IMG/VR virus record: IMGVR_UViG_2850808358_000005
Length of the DNA stretch: 64,000 nt
Direction: 5' to 3' (one strand)
Source: a virus
Lineage: Duplodnaviria > Heunggongvirae > Uroviricota > Caudoviricetes
Within the stretch, counting starts at the first letter, position 1; every line of letters begins with the position of its first letter. Positions 50,276 through 61,254 of this stretch are shown here, one piece after another. Below the pieces are notes generated by a model that was given only the letters and a program-made list of their open reading frames with translations, made no database searches and had not been told where the DNA came from. Position numbers and translations under genes: made by a program.

Positions 50276-51540
50276 CACCAGTATAAAAAACACCGTGAAG
50301 AGAGTATAAAGAAAAAAGAAACTCCATACAGACCTCATGACACGATCTGTAACTATCTTCCCTCCTACATTTACACTCAACAACGCTCTGGGATGAGAAA
50401 GCTGGTTTATCTCGTGTTTGCTTTGTTTGAAAAGTATAAGAAATCGAAGTGACTTAATTCCACCACAAGTTGAACCTACACATCCCCCAAAGAAACTTGA
50501 CAACAGCAAAAACACTATCGTGTGCGTGGGCCAGTTTGCATAATCCTGCGTAGCTAAACCATTATCAGTGAGCATGGAGCTGGCAAGAAAAAACGAATGA
50601 ATAAAACTTCCAGGCAAGTCATACATACCTATATGCCAGACCTGGAAAGAGGTAACAATGATCACCCCTAAGGCTATTAACAGAAAGAAACGAAGTTCAA
50701 TATCTCTGATTAAAGGTTTTATCGTTTTCCTGCTAATAACAATATACCAAAGGGTGAAATTGAAAGCCGATAGCAGGGAAAAAGAACCAGCCACCAGCTC
50801 AACCAAATAGTTATTAAAATATCCGATACTCTCGCTATGAGTTGAGAAACCACCAAGCGAAACTGTGGATATCCCGTGACAAATAGCATCAAACAAAGGC
50901 ATTCCTGCAAGTCTATAACAGACAATACAAGCAATACCTAATAAAGAATAAGTTATCCAAAGTGTCCGTGACGTATCGGCCAGGCGGGGAGTAAGTTTGT
51001 CATCCTTAAATGGCCCCGGCATTTCTGACTGATAAAGCTTTGCACCACCAATACCCAATAATGGCAATACAGCAACCGCCAGAACAATAACTCCTAAACC
51101 ACCTATAAAATTTAACTGTGACCGATAGTACAAATATGCCCGAGGTAATGAACTAACATCATCAATTACAGTTGCTCCTGTTGTTGTTATTCCAGAAACC
51201 CCTTCAAATAGAGCATCGATAAACGTTAAATTAAGTTCTGAGTCAATCCATAAAGGGAATGCACTAATAACAGAAAACAAAATCCAAAACATTACAATTA
51301 TAATAAACCCATCACGGGTACGTAATTGAATACCAGATTTCTTAGTTGTATACCACGCTCCGCCACCAATGCAAAAAATATAACGAAAGTTATAAAGAAA
51401 ACGAACAGGCTTTTTTCTTTATAAAACAATGCTACAACCATTGGTGGCAACATTGAAAGACTATAGAGCCAAACCAGGAACCCACACATATGAGTAACAA
51501 CTCTTACATGAGATGTATTCATATCTAAATATTCTTTCAA
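50129..51540 (-). pseudogene. trkG: Trk potassium transporter TrkG homolog, frameshifted and C-terminally truncated
   Basis: Both ORFs (51298..51540, 50129..51292) match Rac-encoded TrkG as recalled; frame break near 51292; last ~45 codons unrelated. Confidence 0.7.
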
Positions 51541-51659
51541 TTATAACCACCTTGCTGCAACATTATGATTATACTGTATAAAATTTAACTCCTCTAAGAT
51601 CTTACTTCACTGTTCCTTATGAAACAATCATCAAAATGAATCATATTGTAGTTAAGATT

Positions 51660-52136
51660 TTACTTTAAACACTGTTCGGTTATGTATTGCTGAGCACCTT
51701 CAAGTTGGGCCTGCATCATTACCAGTCGTTCCCGGAGGGTGAAATAATCCCGTTCAGCGGTGTCTGCCAGTCTGGGGGAGACTGCATTATCCACGCTGGA
51801 GGCGATGGTGGCTTCACGCACGGACGGAGAGACTGCTTTGATGTGCAACCGACGACGACCAGCGGCAACATCATCACGTAGAGCATCATTTTCAGCTTTC
51901 GCATCAGCTAACTCCTTCAGGTATTTTGCATCGAGTGCAGCAACATCACGCTGGCGTATCTGCATGTCAGTAATGATTGCGGTCGCCTGGTTGAGTTTTT
52001 CCTTCACATTATCGCGCTGCTCTTTGTAGGTAATGGCGTTATCACGGTAATGATTAACAGCCCATGACAGGCGGACGATGATGCAGATAACCAGAGCGGA
52101 GATAATCGCGGTGACTCTGCTCATTGCTGCCCCCAC
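51660..52136 (-). CDS. Rz: i-spanin Rz (prophage 2 copy)
   Basis: Lambda Rz-like over its whole length. Confidence 0.85.
   Translation of the reverse strand: MGAAMSRVTAIISALVICIIVRLSWAVNHYRDNAITYKEQRDNVKEKLNQATAIITDMQIRQRDVAALDAKYLKELADAKAENDALRDDVAAGRRRLHIKAVSPSVREATIASSVDNAVSPRLADTAERDYFTLRERLVMMQAQLEGAQQYITEQCLK
51719..51904 (-). CDS. Rz1: o-spanin Rz1 (prophage 2 copy)
   Basis: [14 protein letters not shown] lipobox and PPSPPAW proline-rich segment, embedded in Rz. Confidence 0.75.
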   Translation of the reverse strand: MRKLKMMLYVMMLPLVVVGCTSKQSLRPCVKPPSPPAWIMQSPPDWQTPLNGIISPSGNDW

Positions 52137-52618
52137 AAACAGACTTCACGCTCAATCTCACGACGGGTCATCAGCCCTTTCCATTGCTTACCGCCAGCAT
52201 ATGTCCAGCGACGTAGCTGGTCACATGCGCCTTTGATATCGCCCTGGTTTATTTTGCGAAGAAGCGTCGATGTTCTGAAATTGCCAGCGCCCACGTTGTA
52301 AACGAACGAGTAAAGAGCGCCGCGCGTTGTTTCCGGTATATCGACTTTGATGTACGGGTTAATTTGTCTGGCGACAGTGGCAAGGTCTTTATTCAGGAGA
52401 GCTTTGCATTCTGCTTCGGTATACGTTTTACCAGGCATGATGTCTTTTCCGGTGTGTCCGTGACATACAGTCCATACACCAATGATATCTTTGTATGGTA
52501 TGTAGCTGACACCTTCCAGACCATCGTTACCACCTGGGCCAGTGATTAACACAGATGCTATAGCAACAGCCCCGCCACCAATAGCAACTGCAACAGCCTT
52601 GCGTAATGATGGCGACAT
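52121..52618 (-). CDS. SAR endolysin (prophage 2 copy)
   Basis: Identical to 14322..14819. Confidence 0.9.
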   Translation of the reverse strand: MSPSLRKAVAVAIGGGAVAIASVLITGPGGNDGLEGVSYIPYKDIIGVWTVCHGHTGKDIMPGKTYTEAECKALLNKDLATVARQINPYIKVDIPETTRGALYSFVYNVGAGNFRTSTLLRKINQGDIKGACDQLRRWTYAGGKQWKGLMTRREIEREVCLWGQQ

Positions 52619-52833
52619 TATTCACCTCTCGCAGCCTTACGCTTATCTTCTCTTATTTTGAAATACAGATTCGTCAGATAAGTCAGAAGCCCCAGAAGCA
52701 GACTTCCCAGCACACCAATCGCAGCCCACTGTGATGGACTGACCTGATCCAACCACTGCAAAAACCAGTAGCCGGCACTGCCGGCGGAGGTGCCGTAGGC
52801 AATGCCTGTTGATATTTTTTCCATCTGATACAT
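52618..52833 (-). CDS. holin (prophage 2 copy)
   Basis: Identical to 14819..15034. Confidence 0.85.
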   Translation of the reverse strand: MYQMEKISTGIAYGTSAGSAGYWFLQWLDQVSPSQWAAIGVLGSLLLGLLTYLTNLYFKIREDKRKAARGE

Positions 52834-53511
52834 ATCCCGCCCCCCGACAGACCTGTGCTATCGGAAAGAAAAAAGGCCATCAGCAAAACTCTGATGGCCT
52901 GAATCACCTTTACCAATATTGTATGAAAAAACACGCACGTCTAATTGACAATAATTTTCATTTCCATTAAAAAAGATCGCGTAGCATTCTTAATTCATGA
53001 GGAACTTTACCCGCCAGCAATCTGAGTAGCGAAAGCTGTTCATCCCCAATGTTTTTGCTGGCGGGTCCTTTTTTCTACGGTCCTCCTCCCGGAGGGGGCA
53101 TTTCATTATTTTTCTAATCATTACTGGTGAGAAGGCGGAAGAAAAAGCCAGTTCTTCGCCCCTAAATAACAGCATGATTCCAGTCCATGCAAAATCTGAT
53201 TTCCAGCTCACACATACCGAGCACTGTACAAAAAACCGCCAGCCAAGGCAGTTAAGAGTGTGTTCCCGGGGTTTGCTTAGAATATTTTGTAAGTTGTCCG
53301 AAGAGATATTTACAACACCAGAATGATGCATTATCAGTCCCCTGCCAGAGGTTCACTACGTAACCTGACCGACAATGCACCATTCTGGTGCTGAAAAAAG
53401 AGCACTGGAACTGCAACAAAACAACATCACAGAACAGGAGATGGTAAGGAGTCAGACATTCCCACACAATATTGTGTCAGTGCAAATAACAACCTTCGTC
53501 TCAAATCTCGC

Positions 53512-53586
<75 letters not shown>

Positions 53587-53589
53587 ATA

Positions 53590-53665
<76 letters not shown>

Positions 53666-53667
53666 GC

Positions 53668-53744
53668 TGGCCCACCACCGAGGACTCGAACCTCGCACCG
53701 TCAACTTAGAAGGTTGATGCTCTATCCGGATGAGCTAGTGGTGG
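53668..53744 (-). tRNA. tRNA-Arg (UCU), second copy
   Basis: Identical to 15869..15945. Confidence 0.8.
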
Positions 53745-53745
53745 T

Positions 53746-53822
53746 TGGTGGCCCTTGCTGGACTTGAACCAGCGACCTGGCGATTATGAGTCGCTCGCTC
53801 TGACCAACTGAGCTAAAGGGCC
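53746..53822 (-). tRNA. tRNA-Ile2-like (CAU), second copy
   Basis: Identical to 15947..16023. Confidence 0.7.
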
Positions 53823-53910
53823 GGAGGCAGAATAATAACCATATGTCATCACATCTGCAAACTCATCTGACCACCAGCACGTTTAACGTCCTGTGCCGTT
53901 TTTCAGGTAT

Positions 53911-53932
53911 AAAAAAACCCGCATAAAGCGGG
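53911..53932 (-). terminator. tR'-like rho-independent terminator (prophage 2 copy)
   Basis: Same hairpin and T-run as 16112..16133. Confidence 0.55.
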
Positions 53933-54029
53933 CTCTTTCAAATGTCCATGTCTGCTATTCGCCTCGCGGTACAGCTTTGCGAAGCGTACCGGAATTGAAG
54001 CAGTTTATGGCTAAAATTGCAAGAACTTT

Positions 54030-54587
54030 TTAAAGCTGCATCAGCCTTTCCACCAGTTTATCTCTGCGAACAACAAACCAACCATTGGCTCTCGCCAGTT
54101 CCAGCCATGACTCAAGGGAAATAACAATATCATCATCCCGCAACTGAATTGTGGAAACAGTGACACCGCCTTGCTGATAACAGAGAACTCGCGTGTCGTA
54201 ACTTTTCTGGCATGAAACTGGCGTTGACGGCTCCTTTTGACTGAAATAGCAGTCTTCCAGTTTTTCGAACACATCCCACGCCTGATCGGTTTCGAGCATT
54301 TTTGCGTGGCGGGCTGCGCCGCGTTCTGTCCAGAGAATGAGGGAGCGGGTTTTGGGAGAGATGGGATTTTGTGAGTAGTTTAAAGCTACCCGCAATTCTT
54401 TAAGGTCATTACCAACAACTTTGAAAAAGTGTTTCCCTTCAACGAAGCGTACTTTGTTCTCATAATGATTCTGGCGAATACGCACCGGCTCAGTGCCGTA
54501 AAGCTGCGCCAAAAGTTCGGTGGTAATAACAGGAATCTGGTTATAGGTAACAGGGGAAAGGTTTTTGACAGAAATCTGAACAGTCAT
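54030..54587 (-). CDS. ORF6N/KilA-N-like phage protein (antirepressor-like)
   Basis: N-terminal NQIPVITTELLAQLYGTEPVRIRQNH; paralog of 57299..57847; inserted between Q and tR' in prophage 2 only. Confidence 0.4.
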   Translation of the reverse strand: MTVQISVKNLSPVTYNQIPVITTELLAQLYGTEPVRIRQNHYENKVRFVEGKHFFKVVGNDLKELRVALNYSQNPISPKTRSLILWTERGAARHAKMLETDQAWDVFEKLEDCYFSQKEPSTPVSCQKSYDTRVLCYQQGGVTVSTIQLRDDDIVISLESWLELARANGWFVVRRDKLVERLMQL

Positions 54588-54856
54588 AACGACCTCGCGT
54601 TTCGATGGTTTTTAACTCACCACCTGCGACGCCAATAGCTGGGTGGTGAACTGTGCAGGGTTGGCGTAACCGGTCGAAACATCCGGCGAGTCTCTCAACT
54701 CCCCCACACAGCCCACCATAAATCGCGAATGTGACTGTGCTTAGCGCATAAAAAAACCGCCAGCGCGGTTATGCACCGTTTCGATATCCGGGACGCCAAT
54801 CCCGACGCCAGATTTTGCTGGCGCGTGAGGAATATAGCCCCGGATAACAGATTGAG

Positions 54857-55411
54857 TCAACAGACAGTTTTTAAATCCCCGGAAGAGAATGCATCACGCA
54901 TCGGCAGATAGAGCATAAACTCTGCCATTTTCAACCACGCATCTATGCGATTACGGCACGTGGCGTAACACCACTCAGGGTGTGAATCATTCAGCAATTC
55001 AGCCATTTTTCGCTTAGTCATCCCCCTCCCTTCATATCGTTGCCGGAGGATACAAATCAATCCTGGGTGTTCTGCCAGCACTTCACTAATCACCCGATCA
55101 ATGCATAACGCCTCTGCATCAGTACAATGCACCAGCCAGCTTTTTTGCTTGCCGTTGATCATATCCCGCAAAAAAGCCTCAAGTTCAGGTTTGTCCAGAC
55201 CTGCTTTTTTCATCCTCCGGAGCGCCTCGTTAATTGCCGTTTTTGTCAGCTTTTTAGAGGCCAACAACTGGTTGAACATATTCCCCGTCTTACCGCCGCC
55301 AATATACGACCAGCGCCCCCACATGCGCAGTTTTCCCTGAATCCAGACACTTTCCAGCGTGGTGAGACGAAGGTGTTCCCCACTTTTGCCTGTATTTGTT
55401 GGGTAAATCAT
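54857..55411 (-). CDS. late-gene antiterminator Q-like protein (prophage 2 copy)
   Basis: Homolog of 16213..16767; ATGA overlap with the YbcO-like stop. Confidence 0.55.
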   Translation of the reverse strand: MIYPTNTGKSGEHLRLTTLESVWIQGKLRMWGRWSYIGGGKTGNMFNQLLASKKLTKTAINEALRRMKKAGLDKPELEAFLRDMINGKQKSWLVHCTDAEALCIDRVISEVLAEHPGLICILRQRYEGRGMTKRKMAELLNDSHPEWCYATCRNRIDAWLKMAEFMLYLPMRDAFSSGDLKTVC

Positions 55412-55698
55412 AAATAACCTTCCTTTCTCCAGATTTCTTGCGTGCGAAAAACACCTTCTGCATGCATCAGGCGTAATTCTTCTTTGGTGTAATCGCTTGT
55501 TTTTACCCGCCCGTCGATTAAATCGTGGCATGAGCTACAGGCAATCGCCGCCTGCATATCGTGTGGTTTTGTCGCTGTTCCGCACGTTCCCGCCAGTCGG
55601 TAATGCGCCAGCACAGACGTTTCCGGATCGTGATTGCAGTAGCCAGGAATTCTGACGGTGCACATCTGCCCCCGCGCCGCTTTACGTAAATCCACCAT
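55408..55698 (-). CDS. YbcO-like protein (prophage 2 copy)
   Basis: Homolog of 16764..17054. Confidence 0.55.
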   Translation of the reverse strand: MVDLRKAARGQMCTVRIPGYCNHDPETSVLAHYRLAGTCGTATKPHDMQAAIACSSCHDLIDGRVKTSDYTKEELRLMHAEGVFRTQEIWRKEGYL

Positions 55699-56340
55699 TA
55701 CGCAAACTCCAGTAGCTGCGCGGCCACATTTTCGACTTCCTCCGGAGAGGAGAATTTACGGAACAGGATCCAGTTCCACAGCACATTCAGTACAGATTTA
55801 TAAACCTGCTGAAACTCGGTTTCGTCCATGTTCGCAAATGCGATAGATTTTGCCCTGCGCCCACGACTACCATCAGGATAAATATGCTCGGTGTAAAATC
55901 CGGCCTGAATGGTTACCCACTCGCGGAAAGCCTCAAACGACTTTAGCAATGCCGTATCACGGGTTCTGCGTGTCGCAACTGTATTCAGATATTGCTCTGC
56001 GGCTTCGCTCAGAGCTGGCGTATGTTCCCGGCCTACTGATTCACACAGGTAATCAACGAAACCGGACACCAGTTTTCGTTCGCGAGGCGTGATCGCCCCA
56101 CCGACCGGAGTCCAGTAATCGAAACCCAGTTGCAGGAGTTTGAAAAAAACGCTTGTGGAATGCGTAGTTACGCACACGCTTAAAGTCTGCGTGTATCCAC
56201 TCACCTATTTTGATTTGATGCAGAAAATCGCAACTCTCCGGCGTCGCCGGGAGAAGTAATCCGGAAGAGGTTTGTTTGACCAGTTGTATATGTGCCATCG
56301 GCTTTCTCCGGTGGCACGGTGTTACACAGCAGGAGTTCAA
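55698..56340 (-). pseudogene. DUF1367-family gene, frameshifted
   Basis: Split into ORFs 55698..56204 and 56053..56340; an A-run at 56143..56149 is A7 versus A6 in the prophage-1 copy. Confidence 0.5.
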
Positions 56341-56624
56341 TCCTGCTCAAGATTGTAGATGAGTTTATTCTTCAGCAAAAGCAGAAAACCAGCCTTAAAA
56401 CCAATCTCTTTCAAAACCCGTAATGATGTGACAAATTCGTCCTCACGCAAAATAAAACCGTCCGTCAGAAGTCCATTACAAAAATAAAATAACACAGCAC
56501 CGCTCTTCCTTTGTTGAGATTGCAAACATCTAATGCGGCAATGGCTGACAATCGCTCCATTCTCAACGCGCACAGCATAGAGGCCATTTTCACTAAAAAT
56601 TTCACGCAATTCTTCGATTTTCAT
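56337..56624 (-). CDS. hypothetical protein
   Basis: 95-aa ORF; no counterpart in prophage 1. Confidence 0.3.
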   Translation of the reverse strand: MKIEELREIFSENGLYAVRVENGAIVSHCRIRCLQSQQRKSGAVLFYFCNGLLTDGFILREDEFVTSLRVLKEIGFKAGFLLLLKNKLIYNLEQD

Positions 56625-56873
56625 CTTCAGAATCCTTCCAGATAAATAGCTCTCCCCTGTTCGGGGTCCATCCCTCTTCTCCCTGCGCGCTACTTAAGTG
56701 AGTCGATTCTATCTGCGAAGGTGCGCGAATCAAATTCACCGGAAATAAACAACAAAAAACCCGCCGAAACGCTGAGAGATCACAGCGATGGGCGGGTTAA
56801 GTGCGGGTGCGTTGAGGATGCCTGACACATCAGAGGTGGGCGGGGATGGGATCAGCTCCCCGCCCGGTCACTC

Positions 56874-57029
56874 TTACTTCCTGGATTCGTAGTCTACGAA
56901 GACAGCGACCTCCGTCTGGCCGGTTCGGATTCGTACCTCACAGAGGTCTTTCCTCGTTACCAGTGCCGTCACTATGACGGTTAAACAGATGACGATCAGG
57001 GCGACTAACATCGCCTTTTGCTGCTTCAT
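56874..57029 (-). CDS. hok: Hok/Gef-family type I toxin (second copy)
   Basis: MKQQKAMLVALIVICLTVIVTALVTRKDLCEVRIRTGQTEVAVF... Confidence 0.8.
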   Translation of the reverse strand: MKQQKAMLVALIVICLTVIVTALVTRKDLCEVRIRTGQTEVAVFVDYESRK

Positions 57030-57298
57030 AGCCTGCTTCTCCTTGCCTTCCGGCACGTAAGAGGCTAACCTACATGTGTCTAGCATGAAATTGGCCTCAG
57101 ATTAATGTTAAGCGTCTTGCAGGACGCGTAATGTTAACTGGGGCTTCTCATCTGCCTTTTGGTGTTCATGCCTGAGACAGATAGCCTCAAGCACCCGCAG
57201 CAATTCTACTTAACTTCCCTTTCACCGCAAATCATTTTATCCCCGGTGGTAATGTTCTCCCGATATGGGAATTCCCATATCGGGGCTAATTTAACCAG

Positions 57299-57847
57299 TT
57301 AAAGCTCCATTAATTTTCCGGCAAGTTCATCTCGCGGCATTACCAGCCATCCGCGCGATTTAAGCAACATCAGGGCTTCTTCAACCGTCACCAGCTGACC
57401 AGGCGCATAACTTCGGATGAAGGCAGTTTTATCATCACGGATCGCCAGGTGAATATCGATGTTCATTTTCCCCGTAGCCCGATCTTTCTCGTACTGGTTG
57501 AAGTAGCAGTCTTCCAATTTTTCGAATACTTCCCACGCCTGATCGGTTTCGAGCATTTTGGCGTGACGTGCTGCTCCGCGTTCTGTCCAGAGAATGAGGG
57601 AGCGAACGTTACGGGCAATTTTCACAGACTCGCTTAAAGATAGTCTGTGCTTCATACCTCTAAGCTCATCGCCCACTAACTTATAAAAATGCTTACCTTC
57701 AATAAAACGTTCAGCGTTTCTGGCGTGATTTTGCTGAATGCGAATCGCTTCTGTGCCGTACAACTGCGCCAAAAGTTCAGTGGTAATAACAGGTATCTGG
57801 TTATGGGCGATCGGGGAGAGAGTTTCAACAGAGATTTGAGTGGTCAT
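57299..57847 (-). CDS. ORF6N/KilA-N-like phage protein (antirepressor-like)
   Basis: Start placed at MTTQISVETLSPIAHNQIPVITTELLAQLYGTE (track ORF extends to 57979). Confidence 0.4.
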   Translation of the reverse strand: MTTQISVETLSPIAHNQIPVITTELLAQLYGTEAIRIQQNHARNAERFIEGKHFYKLVGDELRGMKHRLSLSESVKIARNVRSLILWTERGAARHAKMLETDQAWEVFEKLEDCYFNQYEKDRATGKMNIDIHLAIRDDKTAFIRSYAPGQLVTVEEALMLLKSRGWLVMPRDELAGKLMEL

Positions 57848-58174
57848 AACGATAACTCCGTACATTTGGAAATTATCGCCACCGACGACGCCAATCGAAC
57901 TGGTGGCGAACTGTGCAGGGTTGGCGTAACCGGGTACGGAAACCGGCGAGCCTTTCGGCTCCCCCACACAGCCCGCCATAAATCGCGAATGTGACTGTGC
58001 AAACGATATGAAAAAAGACGCGGACGCGTCTCATATCGCTCCGTAAACATCCGGGACGCCAATCCCGACGCCAGATTTTGCTGGCGCGTGAGGAATATAG
58101 CCCCGGATTAACGTTGTCGTCAACAGCCACTACAGGCTAAACTAACAATATTCCCCAACAACGAAGGATTTAAC

Positions 58175-58462
58175 ATGGCTCAGGTCTATTTTGATACACT
58201 GAAGTTCGTCGAAACCTTGGAAGCCGCAGGAATGCCGGCAGCTCAGGCGCGCGCTATATCTGCCGCAGTGAAAGATTCTCACGAAGCCGCAGAAGTCGCC
58301 ACAAAGCGCGACCTAAATGATGTCAGAACTGAACTAAAAAACGACATTGCAGCCCTTGATGCAAAAATAGACAAACTCAGCCTGCAACTGACCGTCAGAT
58401 TTGGTGGCATGCTCGTCGTTGCTGTTGGCGCACTGACAGCCATCATCAAATTACCTCTTTAA
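58175..58462 (+). CDS. coiled-coil small membrane protein (DUF1640-like)
   Basis: MAQVYFDTLKFVETLEAAGMPAAQA... with C-terminal hydrophobic segment; family call from memory. Confidence 0.35.
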   Translation: MAQVYFDTLKFVETLEAAGMPAAQARAISAAVKDSHEAAEVATKRDLNDVRTELKNDIAALDAKIDKLSLQLTVRFGGMLVVAVGALTAIIKLPL

Positions 58463-58571
58463 ATTACCAGCCCGTTCGGGGCTGGTTTACCTTACCCCCA
58501 GCGGCAAATCGAATACACAACCAGCGCCACCGCCATTGCAATTCCTACCGTGGTGAATGCTTCAGGCCAGG

Positions 58572-59090
58572 TCATCGTAAAACATCCTCCACGCTTATCA
58601 GTCCATTTCGCTTCAGGTAATCCATCGCCTTCTCCGGTAATTTGCAGTCAGGCTTAGCTTTTTTCAGTTGACTGACCAGTCGTTTAACCCACATTGTTAA
58701 TTCGCTAACCTGATTACTGGATGCTAGTAGGTTGTCGGCTTTACCCAGAATGACAGCACAGCAAGCCTCTTTGAGTACCCAGTCAACAGCGTCTTTCCAT
58801 GCTCCTGTTTCGACTGGTGGATTCTCACGCTTTACCTGTTCATAAAAGCGCACGGCTTTAACCAGTCCTTCTGATGTCACCTGGACTGGCGGGGCAGTGA
58901 ATAAGGCCTGAATTTCATAGTTCGGCCTGTCGTTACAATCCTCTTTTTTCGGTACATATTTCCAGTCACCAGACCACCACTTCCCCTGAAAGTCCGTAAC
59001 GCCTTTTTTTTTCACGTAGCGATATCGCCATGCCACTGTTTTTGCTTGCCCCGCCGTTTCATGCCCTTCCTGATAATTAATCTCGCTCAT
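58572..59090 (-). CDS. hypothetical protein (third gene of a small-gene operon)
   Basis: 172-aa ORF; ATGA overlap with the upstream small gene. Confidence 0.35.
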   Translation of the reverse strand: MSEINYQEGHETAGQAKTVAWRYRYVKKKGVTDFQGKWWSGDWKYVPKKEDCNDRPNYEIQALFTAPPVQVTSEGLVKAVRFYEQVKRENPPVETGAWKDAVDWVLKEACCAVILGKADNLLASSNQVSELTMWVKRLVSQLKKAKPDCKLPEKAMDYLKRNGLISVEDVLR

Positions 59091-59263
59091 TCATCGCCCC
59101 ACTCATCACAATATGCTTCGACCGGAGTTTTTCCTGCTTCATAATCATCACGCCATGCTTCAGCATCAGCAGCACTGCCACCACGTAACTCTGCATAGTC
59201 CATTAACAGTTCATGCCATTCTTCAAAACTGACGTTGTATTTAGTTGAACCAAAATCAGCCAT
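59087..59263 (-). CDS. small acidic protein, hypothetical
   Basis: 58-aa ORF MADFGSTKYNVSFEEWHELLMDYAELRGG...CDEWGDE found by manual translation; below the track size cutoff. Confidence 0.35.
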   Translation of the reverse strand: MADFGSTKYNVSFEEWHELLMDYAELRGGSAADAEAWRDDYEAGKTPVEAYCDEWGDE

Positions 59264-59438
59264 TTTGTTCTTCCTCTTCGTCTTTTATTTCGTGATATGA
59301 GTAATTGCAGTAGTTAAAGAAAATATCTTTTGCTTCGTCATGTATTTCATCAGGCGTCGCATCATCATCCACTTCGAATTCATCCTCGAAATCTCCACCG
59401 GCTATTCCCGTTTCAATAATAATTTTGAACTTTCGCAT
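59256..59438 (-). CDS. small highly acidic protein, hypothetical
   Basis: 60 aa from MRKFKIIIETGIAGGDFEDEFEVDDDATPDEIHDE...; about one third Asp/Glu. Confidence 0.35.
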   Translation of the reverse strand: MRKFKIIIETGIAGGDFEDEFEVDDDATPDEIHDEAKDIFFNYCNYSYHEIKDEEEEQNG

Positions 59439-59484
59439 TTCACTACCGCCCTTTCGGGCCTGAGGGATCCCCACAAAATTACTG

Positions 59485-59989
59485 CTAATAAACCAGCACC
59501 ATATTTCGGTAGGTTCTGGACAGATGGTTTAGAACTGTGCTCAGTACTGTTCGTCTTAAAATAAGTGGCGAGTGTCGAAGAACATTCTTCGCTAACGTCA
59601 GATATGAGATAACCCGCCGGGATTTAATGCTGTTAGCCTGATATTTCAGGTGTAACCCTTTATTTTCAGCGTGATAACCGAGTAACCACATTACGATAGT
59701 GCTCAACGTTGCCAGCAGACTCAGAACCAGAATTCTTCCTGTTGAACGACTTTTGCTGGCCCGAAGACCAAATCCGAAGCGCCCGTTCTTTTCATCACGA
59801 AAGTTTTGCTCTATCTGCATTCACCGACTGTATAACTTGATGATTTCTCGCGCTCTGAAGTCATTTGTACTGCTGAAGATCAACCAGGCTTCTTTTGCTG
59901 ATTTGCTCTGTTCTTTGTCTGTTTTGTTTAAACCACTCTGACCTTTCGAACGTTTCTTTTTTCGCCCTTTTGCCGATTTCTTATAGGTG
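59485..59989 (-). pseudogene. IS10-like (IS4-family) transposase gene fragment, C-terminal ~155 codons with internal stop
   Basis: YKKSAKGRKKK...SAKEAWL...YSR*MQIEQNFRDEK...GFGLR parallels IS10 transposase (YKSRSKGRKNQ...SAKEPWIL...SKRMQIEETFRDLK...GLGLR); in-frame TGA at 59821..59823; N-terminal part absent from the window. Confidence 0.55.
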
Positions 59990-60032
59990 TGAGGTGTACT
60001 GGCAATAGCGGACACTACCATTTGTTCTTTTT

Positions 60033-60851
60033 TTAAGCAGCCATCTGATGATATTTTTCCCTGAAGGCTGCCGGGGAGATATTCCCCAGACGAGAGTGAC
60101 GACGCTGACGATTGTAGAAAATCTCAATGTATTCCCGTATTACTGAGATGGCTTCATCCCGGTTATTAAAACGATAGTGGCTCAGGCTCTCATTTTTCAG
60201 CGTTCCCCAGAAGCTTTCCATCGGAGCGTTGTCGTAACAGTTACCTTTACGCGACATTGATGTTTTCAGACCAAACTGCTCCTGTATGACCCGGTAATCG
60301 TATGCGCAGTACTGTGAACCTCGATCAGAGTGGTGGATTAGCCCGGCAGGTGGGCGCTGGCTCCTGAGCGCCATAAACAGGGCTTTACCTGTCAGCTCTT
60401 TTGTCATGCGCGCTCCCATGGCGTAGCCGACAATTTCGCACGTATAAACATCTTTGATGCCAGCGAGGTACAACCATCCCTCCTGTGTGGCAACATACGT
60501 CAGGTCCGCCACCCAGACCTGATTTGGTGCTGTAGGAGCGAACGTCTGGTTCAGCAGATTTGGCGCAACTGGCAGATTGTGGTTCGGGTTCGTAGTCGCT
60601 CTGAACTTGCGTTTCTGCTTACAGCGTAGCCTTAGCTCCTTACGAAGACGTGCCAGTCGGTCACGACCAACGATGATGCCATTCTCTGCCAGCTCCGTCT
60701 GGAGCCGCCGGGTTCCATATGTTTCGCGAGTGCGGATATGTGCCACCTTAATCTCCAGTTTTAGCCGCTCATCACTTTGTTTTCTGTCTGAGGGTTCATG
60801 CTGTACCCAGTTGTAATAACCGCTCCTGGATACACCAAATACCTGACACAT
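60033..60851 (-). CDS. IS600 transposase OrfB
   Basis: 272-aa ORF, near-identical to the other copies (one substitution, GARM versus GERM). Confidence 0.8.
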   Translation of the reverse strand: MCQVFGVSRSGYYNWVQHEPSDRKQSDERLKLEIKVAHIRTRETYGTRRLQTELAENGIIVGRDRLARLRKELRLRCKQKRKFRATTNPNHNLPVAPNLLNQTFAPTAPNQVWVADLTYVATQEGWLYLAGIKDVYTCEIVGYAMGARMTKELTGKALFMALRSQRPPAGLIHHSDRGSQYCAYDYRVIQEQFGLKTSMSRKGNCYDNAPMESFWGTLKNESLSHYRFNNRDEAISVIREYIEIFYNRQRRHSRLGNISPAAFREKYHQMAA

Positions 60852-60886
60852 CGCTTCAATGGGAAATTGTTGTCGCCATTGTTCGA

Positions 60887-61190
60887 TTAACGCGTATTTT
60901 TCAGCGACTCCTGTGCAAAATACGCTGTTGCTTTTTTTAATATATCTCGCTCAAGGCGAGCTTCATTTAACGCCTTACGCAGTTGCAGAATTTCAGATTC
61001 CAGTTCAGCCACCGTGCAGGAACCAGGAGTACCGAGCCCTTTTCTGGCGGCGGTAACCCATTGTCCTAAAGTGCCTTCAGGAAGGGATAATCGGGAAGCG
61101 CCTTCACTGATCGAAAGTTGATTTTCAAGAACCGTTCTGACAGCTTCGGCTTTGAACTCTTTAGAGTAACGTTGGGTTTTTTCTGCTCAT
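60887..61190 (-). pseudogene. IS600 orfA, frameshifted after codon 4
   Basis: T-run at 61177..61182 is T6 versus T5 in copy 3, giving MSRKNPTLL-stop. Confidence 0.7.
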
Positions 61191-61254
61191 TATTAGCTCC
61201 TTCTGATGCCATTCTATTTCAGGAAGGAGTGTCCGTTAAACTCAGGCTACCTCA

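Larger units (their letters stand above)
59990..61254 (-). mobile_element. IS600-like insertion sequence, copy 4 (1265 bp), no target-site duplication
   Basis: Flanks GTG (left) and CAC (right); flanked by the IS10-like fragment and the ATPase 3' fragment. Confidence 0.85.

Noticed and set aside
53933-54856. Shiga-toxin or other toxin cargo in the Q-to-holin slot
   Set aside because: Prophage 1 has only tR' and tRNAs there; prophage 2 has only an ORF6N-family gene. No A/B toxin-like ORFs are present.
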